Assembly (NCBI GenBank): GCA_900552475.1
Contig: USAC01000001.1
Span: 8,444 to 72,443 of the forward strand
Length of the DNA stretch: 64,000 bases
Direction of reading: 5' to 3'
Source of the DNA: an uncultured Eubacteriales bacterium
GTDB taxonomy: Bacteria > Bacillota > Clostridia > Oscillospirales > Oscillospiraceae
In this document: positions 36,162-45,793 of the stretch, one piece after another
How positions within the stretch are numbered: the first letter of the stretch is position 1
Layout: the number at the start of each line of letters is the position of its first letter
Notes under the pieces: generated by a model
What the model saw: only the letters and a program-made list of their open reading frames with translations
What the model was told of the DNA's origin: nothing
Database searches by the model: none
Translations under genes and position numbers: made by a program

Positions 36162-38126
36162 ATGCCTGATATTCAATGCCTTGCGCCCCATGTGGCGGAT
36201 CTGATCGCCGCGGGCGAGGTGGTCGAGCGCCCGGCGAGCGTCGCCAAGGAGCTGCTCGAAAACGCCATCGACGCCGGTGCTTCGGCCATCGTGCTCGAGG
36301 TGCAGCACGGCGGCCTGACCTACCTGCGCATCACCGACAACGGCTGCGGCATTGCGCCGCAGCAGCTGCCGACGGCCTTCCTGCGCCACGCAACGAGCAA
36401 GCTCCGCACGGCGGATGACCTCGAGGCGATCGGGACGCTGGGCTTCCGTGGCGAGGCACTCGCCGCCATCTCCGCCGTGGCGCGGGTCGATATCTTCTCG
36501 CGCCCGCGCGGCGCGGACGTCGGCGCGTCGCTCCATCTCGAGGGCGGCAAGCCCGGCACCGTGCAGGAGACGGGCTGCCCCGAGGGGACGACCATCTGCG
36601 TGCGCGACCTGTTCTATAACACCCCCGCCCGCATGAAGTTCATGAAGAAGGACAGCGCCGAGGGAACGGCCGTCGCGGGCGTCGTGACGCACCTCGCGCT
36701 CAGCCATCCGGACGTCTCATTCAAGTTCATCCGCGACGGCGCGGAGCTGCTGCACACTCCCGGCGACGGGAAGCTCCAGTCCGCGGTCTACGCCGCGATG
36801 GGGCGGGACTTCGCCCTCGGGCTCACACCGGTCGAGGGGCGCGGCGGCGATGTCGCCGTCTCCGGCTTCGTGACAAAGCCCCTCTGCGGCAGCGGCACGC
36901 GCGGGCGCCAGCTGTTCTTCGTGAACGGCCGCTTCGTCAAGAGCCAGCTGCTCTCCGCCGCGCTTGAGGAGGCGTACCGCAACCGCCTGCTCAAGGGGAA
37001 GTTCCCCGGCTGCGTGCTGCATATCGAGCTGCCGCGCGACCGGGTGGACGTGAACGTCCACCCCGCAAAGACCGTGGTAAAATTCGTCAGCGACAAGACC
37101 GTGTTTGACGCAGTGTATTATACGATCCTCGACACGCTCACCGCCGGTGAGCGCGCCGCACAGAAGCCGAAGCAGGAGGGCTTCTATCAGAACCTGACCG
37201 TCCGGCAGTTCAAGGATAAGACCGCGCCGCAGGCGGAGCCTGCCCGCGCGCCGCTCGGCTCGTTTACCGCCCGCCCGGTGGGAAATCCCGACGAAAAGCT
37301 CGTCGTGCGCGACGTGGCCCTGGTTCGCCCCGAACCGCAGCCGGTGACGCAGCCCGCGCCCGATCCCGTGCAGCCGCCGCGCCCGGTGTCCGCTCCGGCC
37401 CGCCCGGAGCCGATGCCCGAACCGCGGACGGTACCTGCCCCCGCGCCGCAGGCGGAGCCTGTCTGCCCCACACCGGAGCCGGTGCAGGAGAGGAAGGAGC
37501 CGCCGCAGACGACGATGCCCCTCCCCGAGGAGCCGGCGCAGCAGGTGCTGCAGACGCAGGAGGCTCCGTGGCGCATCGCCGGGGAGGTGCTCAACACCTA
37601 TATTATCTGTGAGGATGAGCAGGAGAACGTTTGGCTCATCGACAAGCACGCCGCGCACGAGCGCGTGCGCTTCAACCGCCTGAAGGAGAACACCGAGCCG
37701 GTCATGCGCCAGACGCTGCTGACTCCGGCGGCGGTGTCGCTGACGGCGGAGGAGTATACGGCGGTGCTCGAGCACCTCGACATTCTCGCGCAGTACGGCT
37801 TTGCCTGCGAGGACTTCGGTGACGGGACGGTGCTCGTGCGCGAGGTGCCGTCCGATCTCGACGTCGGCGATATCCCTGCGACGGTGCAGGAGCTGGCGGC
37901 GGATCTGATGCTCTGCCGCGCCGACCCGGAGGGTGCGCGCGACCACCTGCTGCAGACGATGGCCTGCAAATCGGCCATCAAGGCGGGGATGCATACCGAC
38001 CGCGCGGAGCTCGCCGCGCTCGTGGAGAAGGTACAGAGCGGGGAGATCCGCTATTGTCCCCACGGCCGCCCGGTCTCCGTGAAATTGAGAAAGTACGAAC
38101 TGGAAAAGATGTTCAAGAGGGCATAA
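36162..38126 (+). CDS. mutL: DNA mismatch repair protein MutL
   Basis: GHKL ATPase N-terminus, Pro-rich linker, C-terminal dimerisation domain. Confidence 0.95.
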   Translation: MPDIQCLAPHVADLIAAGEVVERPASVAKELLENAIDAGASAIVLEVQHGGLTYLRITDNGCGIAPQQLPTAFLRHATSKLRTADDLEAIGTLGFRGEALAAISAVARVDIFSRPRGADVGASLHLEGGKPGTVQETGCPEGTTICVRDLFYNTPARMKFMKKDSAEGTAVAGVVTHLALSHPDVSFKFIRDGAELLHTPGDGKLQSAVYAAMGRDFALGLTPVEGRGGDVAVSGFVTKPLCGSGTRGRQLFFVNGRFVKSQLLSAALEEAYRNRLLKGKFPGCVLHIELPRDRVDVNVHPAKTVVKFVSDKTVFDAVYYTILDTLTAGERAAQKPKQEGFYQNLTVRQFKDKTAPQAEPARAPLGSFTARPVGNPDEKLVVRDVALVRPEPQPVTQPAPDPVQPPRPVSAPARPEPMPEPRTVPAPAPQAEPVCPTPEPVQERKEPPQTTMPLPEEPAQQVLQTQEAPWRIAGEVLNTYIICEDEQENVWLIDKHAAHERVRFNRLKENTEPVMRQTLLTPAAVSLTAEEYTAVLEHLDILAQYGFACEDFGDGTVLVREVPSDLDVGDIPATVQELAADLMLCRADPEGARDHLLQTMACKSAIKAGMHTDRAELAALVEKVQSGEIRYCPHGRPVSVKLRKYELEKMFKRA

Positions 38127-38225
38127 ATTCTGCCCTTTTGGCACAGAGCCGCTCGGTTTCTTCGACAAGCGAAGAAAAACACAAGACAGAAGTACTAAAA
38201 TGATCTTTCAGACAGAGGTGATACA

Positions 38226-39170
38226 ATGCCGCCGAAGGTGATCTGCGTGGTGGGACCCACGGCATCCGGAAAAACGAAAATGGGCGTGGCGCTCGCGAAG
38301 ACCTTTGACGGCGAGGTCGTGTCGGTGGACTCGATGCAGATCTACCGCGGCATGGCCATCGGCACCGCCGCCCCCACGCCCGAGGAGACGGAGGGCATCC
38401 CGCACCACATGGTCGGCGTGGCCGACCCGCGTGAGAGCTGGTCGGTTGCCCGCTTCACGGAGGAGGCCGACGCCTGCGTGCAGGACATTCTCCACCGCGG
38501 GAAGCGCCCCGTTCTTGTCGGCGGCACGGGATTGTATCTCGACAGTCTCGTCCGCGGCGGCGACTTTGCACCCGGCCGCTCCGGCGGCGCGGTGCGCGAG
38601 CGCCTGCAGCGGGAGCTGGCCGAGCGCGGCGCACCGGCCATGCTCGAGTGCCTGCGGGAGGTCGATCCCGAGAGCGCCGCGCGGCTCCACCTGCGCGATG
38701 AAAAGCGGATTCTCCGTGCGCTCGAGGTGTATGAGGAGACGGGCGAGACGATCACCGCACACAACCGCCGCACGCAGGAGCGCCCGCCGCGCTATGACGC
38801 GCTCTACATCGGGCTGGACTTCGCCGACCGCGCGGATCTGCGTGCGCGGATCGACCGGCGCGTCGACGAGATGGTGCGGCAGGGGCTGCTGCAGGAGGTG
38901 GAGACGCTGCTCTCAAGCGGCGTTCCGCGCGATGCAACCGCCCTGCAGGCCATCGGCTACAGGCAGTTTCTCGCCGTCCGCGACGGCGCCGCCACGGCGG
39001 CGGACGCCATCGGGGAGGTCAAGCTCCGCTCCCGCCAGTACGCCAAGCGCCAGCTGACGTGGCTGCGCCGGAACGGGGCCATCCACTGGATCCTCTGGGG
39101 AAAAGAACCGGATTTCCCGGCGGCTCTCCAGAATGCGACAGAATATCTCACCGCCCATGGCTTAGGATAG
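38226..39170 (+). CDS. miaA: tRNA dimethylallyltransferase
   Basis: P-loop GPTASGKT. Ends in TAG. Confidence 0.9.
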   Translation: MPPKVICVVGPTASGKTKMGVALAKTFDGEVVSVDSMQIYRGMAIGTAAPTPEETEGIPHHMVGVADPRESWSVARFTEEADACVQDILHRGKRPVLVGGTGLYLDSLVRGGDFAPGRSGGAVRERLQRELAERGAPAMLECLREVDPESAARLHLRDEKRILRALEVYEETGETITAHNRRTQERPPRYDALYIGLDFADRADLRARIDRRVDEMVRQGLLQEVETLLSSGVPRDATALQAIGYRQFLAVRDGAATAADAIGEVKLRSRQYAKRQLTWLRRNGAIHWILWGKEPDFPAALQNATEYLTAHGLG

Positions 39171-39219
39171 AGCCGGGCGGACATGCATTGCGCGTCGTCC
39201 GCACCAAAAGACAGAAAGG

Positions 39220-39465
39220 ATGCAGACGACTATGCAAAAGAAAAACAATCTTCAGGAGATCTTTCTCACCCGCGCCCGGAAGGAGAACGTCCCGGTGACG
39301 ATGTTCCTTATCAACGGCTTTCAGCTGCGCGGGACCGTCACGGGGTTCGACTGCTTCACGGTCGTGCTCGACTGTGACGGGCGGCAGAACGTGATCTACA
39401 AACACGCCATATCCACCATTGCGCCCCAGCACCCCATCTCGCTGATGGAGGACGGGGCCACCTGA
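39220..39465 (+). CDS. hfq: RNA chaperone Hfq
   Basis: Sm motifs ([19 protein letters not shown]...VYKHAIST). Alternative start at 39232. Confidence 0.9.
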   Translation: MQTTMQKKNNLQEIFLTRARKENVPVTMFLINGFQLRGTVTGFDCFTVVLDCDGRQNVIYKHAISTIAPQHPISLMEDGAT

Positions 39466-39476
39466 GAGGGGCATCT

Positions 39477-40688
39477 ATGAAATCTTCTTCCGCAGTGTTC
39501 CGTGCGCTTTCCATCGCGCTGCTCGCGGCGGTGGTGCTGTACTTCGGTGTACAGGGCTGCCGCTATCTCACCGATCCATATTCCACGACGCTGGCCTACC
39601 GCAGCTCCTCCGAGGAGAGCATCAGCCTGACCGGCTGGCTCGTGCGCGACGAGGTGCCGCTGCAGGGGCCGTCCGGCACGCTGCAGCAAATGCTGCGCGA
39701 AGGGGAGAAGGCCGCGGCGGGCGAGACGGTCGTCACCGTCTATTCCAACGCCGGCGCGCTCGACACCGTCAGCCGAATTCGGGAGCAGGAGCTGCAGCTC
39801 GAGCAGCTGCAGTTCGCGCTGGAGTCCTATCTCGACAGCGACGCCGCGCTCAAGCTCGACAGCTCCATCACCGACAGCATCCTCACCCTGCGCGGTGAGC
39901 TCGCGGACGGGGATTATTCCACCGCCTCGGAGAACGTCTCTGCGCTCAAGGCCGCCATCCTCAAGCGCAGCCACAGCTACTCCTCCAGCGAGGAGATTCA
40001 GTCCGGCATCGATCAGGTCAAATCCGAGCTCTCGCGCCTGCGCGCCTCGCTCTCTGGAGCCGTCAGCGTCAGGGCCGAGAAGCCGGGGATCTACAGCGCC
40101 GCCTGCGACGGCTACGAGGATGTCCTCACGCCGGACACGCTGGCGGATCTGACGGTCAGCCGGCTCGAAAACCTCACCGCAGGGTCGAAGGGCAGCTCGC
40201 TCGGCAAGCTCATCTACGGTGATACGTGGTACTATGCCGCCGCCGTCACGAATGAGCAGGCTGCGCAGCTCAGGACGGGGCAGAGCGTCACGCTTCGCTT
40301 TGCCAAGGGACTGGATGCCGACGTGCCCGCGACGGTTTACTCCATCGGGGAGGACGAGGGCGGGCGGCAGCTGCTGGTTCTGTGTTGCGACCGCTATCTG
40401 CCGCAGACGACCCAGCTGCGCCATCAGCAGGTAGAGCTGGTGCTCAGCAGCTACAGCGGCATCCGCGTCCCGGCCAACGCCCTGCGCGTAAACGACGAGG
40501 GGCAGGCGGGCGTGTACTGCGTCGTCGGCAGTCTCGCGCGTTTCAAGCCCGTCGACATCGTCTATCAGGGCGACGGGTACACGCTCGTGCGCGCGTCGAA
40601 GAGCGCGGAGGGTTCCGCCATCCTGCGCGCGGGCGACGAGGTCGTCGTCACCGCGAGCGACATCGAGCCGGGCAAGGTCATCGAGTAG
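39477..40688 (+). CDS. HlyD-family / membrane-fusion-like protein
   Basis: N-terminal TM, coiled-coil region, C-terminal beta domain. Ends in TAG. Confidence 0.6.
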   Translation: MKSSSAVFRALSIALLAAVVLYFGVQGCRYLTDPYSTTLAYRSSSEESISLTGWLVRDEVPLQGPSGTLQQMLREGEKAAAGETVVTVYSNAGALDTVSRIREQELQLEQLQFALESYLDSDAALKLDSSITDSILTLRGELADGDYSTASENVSALKAAILKRSHSYSSSEEIQSGIDQVKSELSRLRASLSGAVSVRAEKPGIYSAACDGYEDVLTPDTLADLTVSRLENLTAGSKGSSLGKLIYGDTWYYAAAVTNEQAAQLRTGQSVTLRFAKGLDADVPATVYSIGEDEGGRQLLVLCCDRYLPQTTQLRHQQVELVLSSYSGIRVPANALRVNDEGQAGVYCVVGSLARFKPVDIVYQGDGYTLVRASKSAEGSAILRAGDEVVVTASDIEPGKVIE

Positions 40689-40735
40689 CGCCCCGGCATT
40701 TGAATGAACACACTGTGAAAGGAAGTTTTCAAACC

Positions 40736-41431
40736 ATGTCTATCACTGAAAATATTGCAGCCATCCGCCGCGAGATCGACGCCGCCGCCCGCGAGAGCGG
40801 GCGCACCGGCGCGGACATCACCCTCGTCGGCGCGAGCAAGATGAACGACGCCGCCGCCTGCCAGGAGGCCATCGCCGCCGGAATCGACGTCCTCGGCGAG
40901 AACCGCGTGCAGGAGATGACCGCCAAGCTCGCCGAGCACGCCTATGACGGCCGCCCGCTGCACTTCATCGGCCACCTCCAGCGCAACAAGGTGCGCCAGG
41001 TCGTCGGCAAGGTCGCGCTCATCCAGTCCGTCGGCTCGATGGAGCTGCTGCGCGAGATCGAGAAGGAGGCCGCCAAGCAGGGCCTGCGGCAGGACATCCT
41101 GCTCGAGGTGAACATCGGCGGCGAGGAGGCCAAGAGCGGCTTTGCACCGGAGGACGTGCGCGCGGCGGCGCAGAGCGCGCTGGAGCTCGCGCATGTGCGC
41201 GTGCTCGGGCTGATGGCCATTCCGCCGGTCGAGACGGTTCCACACGGAAATATGCGCTATTTTGCGGAAATGCGTGCTTTATATGTTGACATAAACGAGA
41301 AAATGTACCATAATGAATTTAAATACCTCTCGATGGGTATGAGCGAGGACCTTGCAGACGCCATCCGGGCCGGTGCGAATATGGTTCGGGTCGGTTCCGC
41401 CATTTTCGGCGCCAGAGATTATACAAAATAA
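40736..41431 (+). CDS. yggS: YggS-family pyridoxal-phosphate homeostasis protein
   Basis: Alanine-racemase N-terminal-like fold with the PLP lysine in GASK. Upstream of sepF. Confidence 0.85.
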   Translation: MSITENIAAIRREIDAAARESGRTGADITLVGASKMNDAAACQEAIAAGIDVLGENRVQEMTAKLAEHAYDGRPLHFIGHLQRNKVRQVVGKVALIQSVGSMELLREIEKEAAKQGLRQDILLEVNIGGEEAKSGFAPEDVRAAAQSALELAHVRVLGLMAIPPVETVPHGNMRYFAEMRALYVDINEKMYHNEFKYLSMGMSEDLADAIRAGANMVRVGSAIFGARDYTK

Positions 41432-41451
41432 GCAGTGGGAGGGCCATCAAG

Positions 41452-41907
41452 ATGAGCTTCATGGACGAACTGAAAAAGATTATTCACCCCTACGACGATG
41501 AGGATTACGATTACGAAGAGGAGGAGCTGAACCCGGCCTCCAAGCCCGCGAAGGAGTCGTTCCGCGAGGAGCGCCGCGAGGAGCGCAAGGCCGAGGAGCG
41601 CCGCAACAAGGTGGTCAACATCCACGCCACCACCCAGCTCAAGGTTGTGCTCGTCAAGCCCGAGCGCTTTGAGAACGCCTCGGAGATTGCTGACCATCTG
41701 CGCGAAAAGCGCACGGTCGTGCTGAACCTCGAGTCGACGAACAAGGACATTGCCCGCCGTCTGGTGGACTTCCTGTCGGGTGTTGCGTATGCCGGGGAGG
41801 GCAAGATCAAGAAGGTCTCGGCCAACACCTACATCATCACCCCCTATTCCGTGGATATCATGGGGGACCTGATCGACGAATTAGAAAACAACGGCCTGTA
41901 TCTGTAA
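41452..41907 (+). CDS. sepF: Cell division protein SepF
   Basis: Acidic N-terminus and conserved C-terminal SepF domain. Confidence 0.85.
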   Translation: MSFMDELKKIIHPYDDEDYDYEEEELNPASKPAKESFREERREERKAEERRNKVVNIHATTQLKVVLVKPERFENASEIADHLREKRTVVLNLESTNKDIARRLVDFLSGVAYAGEGKIKKVSANTYIITPYSVDIMGDLIDELENNGLYL

Positions 41908-41941
41908 AAACGTAAGACGATAGAAAACGGAGGGATATACG

Positions 41942-42703
41942 ATGTTTACGCCACAGGAAGTTTCCGAAAAGACATTTCCCAAGACCTCGGCCCTGACCGC
42001 CGGCTATAACATGGCGGCGGTGGACGAGTTTCTGGATCCCCTGACGGAGGATTATACCGCCCTGTATAAGGAGAACGCCGCCCTGAAGGCGAAGCTGAAG
42101 GTGCTCGCCGAGAAGATCGAGGAGTACCGCTCGACCGAGGACGCCATGCGCACCACGCTCGTCACGGCGCAGAAGCTCGCGACGAAGCTCGTGCAGGAGG
42201 CGCAGACCAAAAAGGACGAGATTCTCAACGAAGCGCGCGCCGAGGCCGCGCGCCAGACCGCGACGCTCGAGCAGCAGACCGCCGCCGCCGAGCAGAAGCT
42301 CCGCCTTGCGCAGCAGAAGCTCACTGAGTTCATCGGCGCGAGCCGCCAGCTGTGCCAGACGCAGCTCGACTTCCTCACGAAGCTCCCGGAGATGGACGCC
42401 GCCACGGCGCAGAGCGCCCCCACGCCCTCCGTCGCCGACGACACGATCCGCATCATCGAGCAGGACATCCTCAAGGACTTTTCCGTCCCCACCGAGCCGA
42501 AGGCCGCTGAGCCCGCCGCCCCCGTACAGGAGACGGCCGCCCCCGCGCCCGCACAGGAGGAGCCGAAGGCCGAGGAGCCTGCCGCTCCCGCCGAGCCCGC
42601 CCCCGAGAAGGACGAGCCGAGCGCCGACAGCTTGTTTTCCACCGATTTCAAGCTGAATCTGGACGAGCTGAAGTTCGGCCGCAACTACAGCGGCGAGAAC
42701 TGA
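41942..42703 (+). CDS. DivIVA-domain protein
   Basis: N-terminal DivIVA motif (FPKTSALTAGYNMAAVDEFLD) and coiled coil. Confidence 0.8.
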   Translation: MFTPQEVSEKTFPKTSALTAGYNMAAVDEFLDPLTEDYTALYKENAALKAKLKVLAEKIEEYRSTEDAMRTTLVTAQKLATKLVQEAQTKKDEILNEARAEAARQTATLEQQTAAAEQKLRLAQQKLTEFIGASRQLCQTQLDFLTKLPEMDAATAQSAPTPSVADDTIRIIEQDILKDFSVPTEPKAAEPAAPVQETAAPAPAQEEPKAEEPAAPAEPAPEKDEPSADSLFSTDFKLNLDELKFGRNYSGEN

Positions 42704-42802
42704 GCACCGTCCGCCCCGCGGCATACAGACGCACATGCAGGCGGCAGAGCGGCACTTTGCCGTCCTGCCGCCCGTTTTTATACAGGAAGGAGACTTCGCC
42801 CC

Positions 42803-43681
42803 ATGAACACCCCAGTGATCGCACTGCTCTATGACTTTGACAAGACGCTCTGCACCACGGACATGGAGGATTACACCTTCATCCCCGCCCTCGGCTATAC
42901 GCCCGGCGAGTTCTGGGGCAGAGCCAACGACTTCGGCCGCGAAAACCGGATGGACGGACTGCTCGCCTATATGTACACGATGATGCAGGAGTGCCGCCGG
43001 CAGGGAATCCGGCTCGACCGGGAGTTTCTGGTGCGCTGCGGCGAGGGGATCGAGCTGTTCCCCGGCGTGCGCGAGTGGTTCGGCCGCATCAACGCCTTCG
43101 GCGCGCAGCTCGGCGTGACGGTCGAGCACTATGTCATCTCCTCCGGCCTGCGCGAGATCATCGAGGGCAGCGGCATCAGCCATGAGTTCCGCGAGATCTA
43201 CGCCTGCGAGTTTTTCTACGACGAAAACGGCCTCGCCTCGTGGCCGAAGCTCGACGTCAACTTCACGAACAAGACCCAGTTCGTCTACCGCATCAACAAG
43301 GGGATCCTCGACGTCGCGCGCGACAAGGAGCTCAACGCCTCCATGCCCGACGACAGCAAGCGCGTCCCCTTCCGCAACATGATCTACATCGGCGACGGCC
43401 TGTCGGACGTCCCGTGCATGAAGATGATGCGCGCCTACGGCGGACAGGCCATCGCCGTCTATCAGGAGGATAACCGCGCCGGGGTGGAGGATCTGCTGAG
43501 CAAGGGGCGGGTGGACTTCATCTTCCCCGCCGACTACCGCGCGGGGATGGGGCTTGATACCACGGTGCAGAACATCATCCGCAAGATGACCATCACCGAC
43601 GCGCTGGCCGAGGAGAATGCGCGCCAGTTCCGCCAGATCGGCAAGAGCGGCCTGCCGTATCAGGCCAGTCTCTTTGAATAA
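42803..43681 (+). CDS. HAD-superfamily hydrolase
   Basis: DFDKTL motif I and IYIGDGLSD motif IV. Confidence 0.7.
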   Translation: MNTPVIALLYDFDKTLCTTDMEDYTFIPALGYTPGEFWGRANDFGRENRMDGLLAYMYTMMQECRRQGIRLDREFLVRCGEGIELFPGVREWFGRINAFGAQLGVTVEHYVISSGLREIIEGSGISHEFREIYACEFFYDENGLASWPKLDVNFTNKTQFVYRINKGILDVARDKELNASMPDDSKRVPFRNMIYIGDGLSDVPCMKMMRAYGGQAIAVYQEDNRAGVEDLLSKGRVDFIFPADYRAGMGLDTTVQNIIRKMTITDALAEENARQFRQIGKSGLPYQASLFE

Positions 43682-43694
43682 CGGAGGATCCGCT

Positions 43695-44432
43695 TTGAAC
43701 AAGAACTACAAACTCACCATCGCCTATGACGGGTCGCGCTTTTTCGGCTGGGAGCGCCAGCCGGGGCGCGCCACGATTCAGGGAAAGCTCGAGACCGTGC
43801 TGGCAAAGCTCACCGGCGCGCCGGCCGATGTGATCGGTGCGGGGCGCACGGACGCGGGCGTTCACGCCCGCGCCATGGTCGCGAGCGTCCGGCTCGATAC
43901 CGACCTCTCGCCCGAGGAAATCCGCGACTATCTCAACCGCTACCTCCCCGACGCCATCGCCGTGCGCGAGGTGAAGGAGGCGGGCGAGCGCTTCCACGCG
44001 CGCTACAACGCGCTGGGGAAAACGTACCGCTACACCTGCTTCGACGGGCCGGTCAAGCCCGTCTTTGACCGGAAATACGTCACCATGCTGGACTTCCGCC
44101 CCGATCTGGAGCGGATGCAGCGCGCGGCGGCGCTGCTCACCGGGGAGCACGACTTCATGAGCTTCTGCGGCAATCCGCGTATGAAGAAGTCTACCGTCCG
44201 TCTCGTCGATTCCATCACCGTGGAGCGCCGCCGTGACCGGATCATCTTCACGTTTCACGGGACGGGCTTTCTGCAGAACATGGTGCGTATCCTCGTGGGG
44301 ACGCTGCTGGAGATCGGCCGCGGCCGCTGGGAGCCGGAGTACGTCCTCGACCTGCTCGCCGCCCGCGACCGTAAGCTCGCCGGCCCGACCGCCCCGCCGG
44401 AGGGACTGTGTTTGATGAAAGTGGACTACTAA
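43695..44432 (+). CDS. truA: tRNA pseudouridine(38-40) synthase
   Basis: TTG start after a GGAGGA RBS. YDGSRFFGWERQ and RTDAGVHA catalytic motif. Confidence 0.9.
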   Translation: MNKNYKLTIAYDGSRFFGWERQPGRATIQGKLETVLAKLTGAPADVIGAGRTDAGVHARAMVASVRLDTDLSPEEIRDYLNRYLPDAIAVREVKEAGERFHARYNALGKTYRYTCFDGPVKPVFDRKYVTMLDFRPDLERMQRAAALLTGEHDFMSFCGNPRMKKSTVRLVDSITVERRRDRIIFTFHGTGFLQNMVRILVGTLLEIGRGRWEPEYVLDLLAARDRKLAGPTAPPEGLCLMKVDY

Positions 44433-44881
44433 AAGAAGAAGCCGCAGCGAATCTGCGGGCTGCATGAAACAGTGAACAGACACAGCGGGATCATCCGCTG
44501 TGCCTGTTTTTGGTTCATTTGATTTGCCAAACAGCTGGAATGGCACGCTCCTCGAGCGTTCCTTACCTCTCCCTTTGGGAGAGGTGGCCGAGCGCAGCGA
44601 GGACGGAGAGGGGAAACACGCTGTACGTTCTCAAATGGATTTTATCATGCAAGAGGGCTGCAAGGCCCTCTCAGTCACCTGCGGTGACAGCTCTCCCAAG
44701 GGGAGAGCCAAAGGCCTGTACCCGCTGCATAGCCTGTTGGCATGAAGTGTTTTACGACTGACCGGCAAAGCTGGGAATTTCTTTTTAGCGGCGCGAACTC
44801 TGTGAGACTGCACCTGTCCTGTTTATAGGACAGGTGCAGCGGTATATTGTGAGCAGAAAGAGAGAAAGGACGGATGCCTAC

Positions 44882-45694
44882 ATGAACCCGATTGGATTTG
44901 CCAAGGAGTGTGTTTCCTCCCGCACAGAGAGCCGCGCGGTGGAGCGGCGGGCGGCGGAGCCCGTGCCGTCCGTCGTGCAGGTCTACTTCCCCTCGCGCAG
45001 CCGCGAGCTGTCCTACTACAACGACCGTTTTGACCTCCGTGAGGGCGACACCGTCTTTGTGGGCGGAAAGCTCGCCGGGGAGCGCGGACAGGTCACCGAC
45101 GTGCGCACGAGCTTCAAGATCAAGGCCGCGGATTATAAAAAGGTCATCGCGCAGGCCGACGTGCGCGTCGAGGGCGAGTTCCGCCCGCTGGGGGCGCACA
45201 TGGTTACGTTTGACCGCGGCGCGCTCCCGTTTGAGCAGGTACGCACATGGCTGCTGCCGCCGGAGGAAGAGGGCGAATACTACGTCCACTACAGCGACAA
45301 GCGCATGCCGCTCGGTGACTTCGGCGCGCTGCATATCTCAAACGACGTCCGAGAGCGCGGGCAGTTCTATTTCCTGACTGACCATGTGCGCTATCTCTCC
45401 CTCGATGGGGTGGAGGGACGCGCCGTCGTGGAGGGAACGCGAGGCTATGCCGTGGAGTTCCGGTATGAGGACGGACAGATCAGCCGCCTGAACTGCAGCT
45501 GTCCCTGCGGATATCACTGTAAGCACGAGGTTGCGGTGATGCTCCAGCTCAAGCGGACGCTTGGGCAGATCGAGAGAAGCTACGATGCCGCGTGGCGGCG
45601 CAGCCGGTACTTCGCGCTTGTGCATGCGCCGCTGCTGCTGTCCATGGCCGTCAGCGGCAACCCGGACGCCGTGCTTCACCTGACGCAGACCTGA
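44882..45694 (+). CDS. SWIM zinc-finger domain protein
   Basis: CSCPCGYHCKHEV matches the CxCxnCxH SWIM motif. Start could be 44834. Confidence 0.55.
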   Translation: MNPIGFAKECVSSRTESRAVERRAAEPVPSVVQVYFPSRSRELSYYNDRFDLREGDTVFVGGKLAGERGQVTDVRTSFKIKAADYKKVIAQADVRVEGEFRPLGAHMVTFDRGALPFEQVRTWLLPPEEEGEYYVHYSDKRMPLGDFGALHISNDVRERGQFYFLTDHVRYLSLDGVEGRAVVEGTRGYAVEFRYEDGQISRLNCSCPCGYHCKHEVAVMLQLKRTLGQIERSYDAAWRRSRYFALVHAPLLLSMAVSGNPDAVLHLTQT

Positions 45695-45793
45695 GATTTC
45701 GTCTTGCGCCGTGGCGGCGCGAACTCTGCGAGACATTTGGGACAGATTAAGAGCCGGAGATTTTCTCCGGCTCTTAATCTTCGATCATGCAGG

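Noticed and set aside
34054-38168. Long minus-strand ORFs of 694 and 483 aa overlapping mutS and mutL
   Set aside because: They are antisense to unmistakable MutS and MutL coding sequence and are high-GC artefacts. The same applies to 14987..16774 (antisense to ilvA), 41858..43702, 18302..19435, 30727..31890 and 50426..52812.
44500-44761. Two overlapping 81/83-aa ORFs after truA as real genes
   Set aside because: No RBS, mutually overlapping frames, and the sequence is dominated by hairpins. A structured RNA or repeat is more likely. It is reported as a finding instead.
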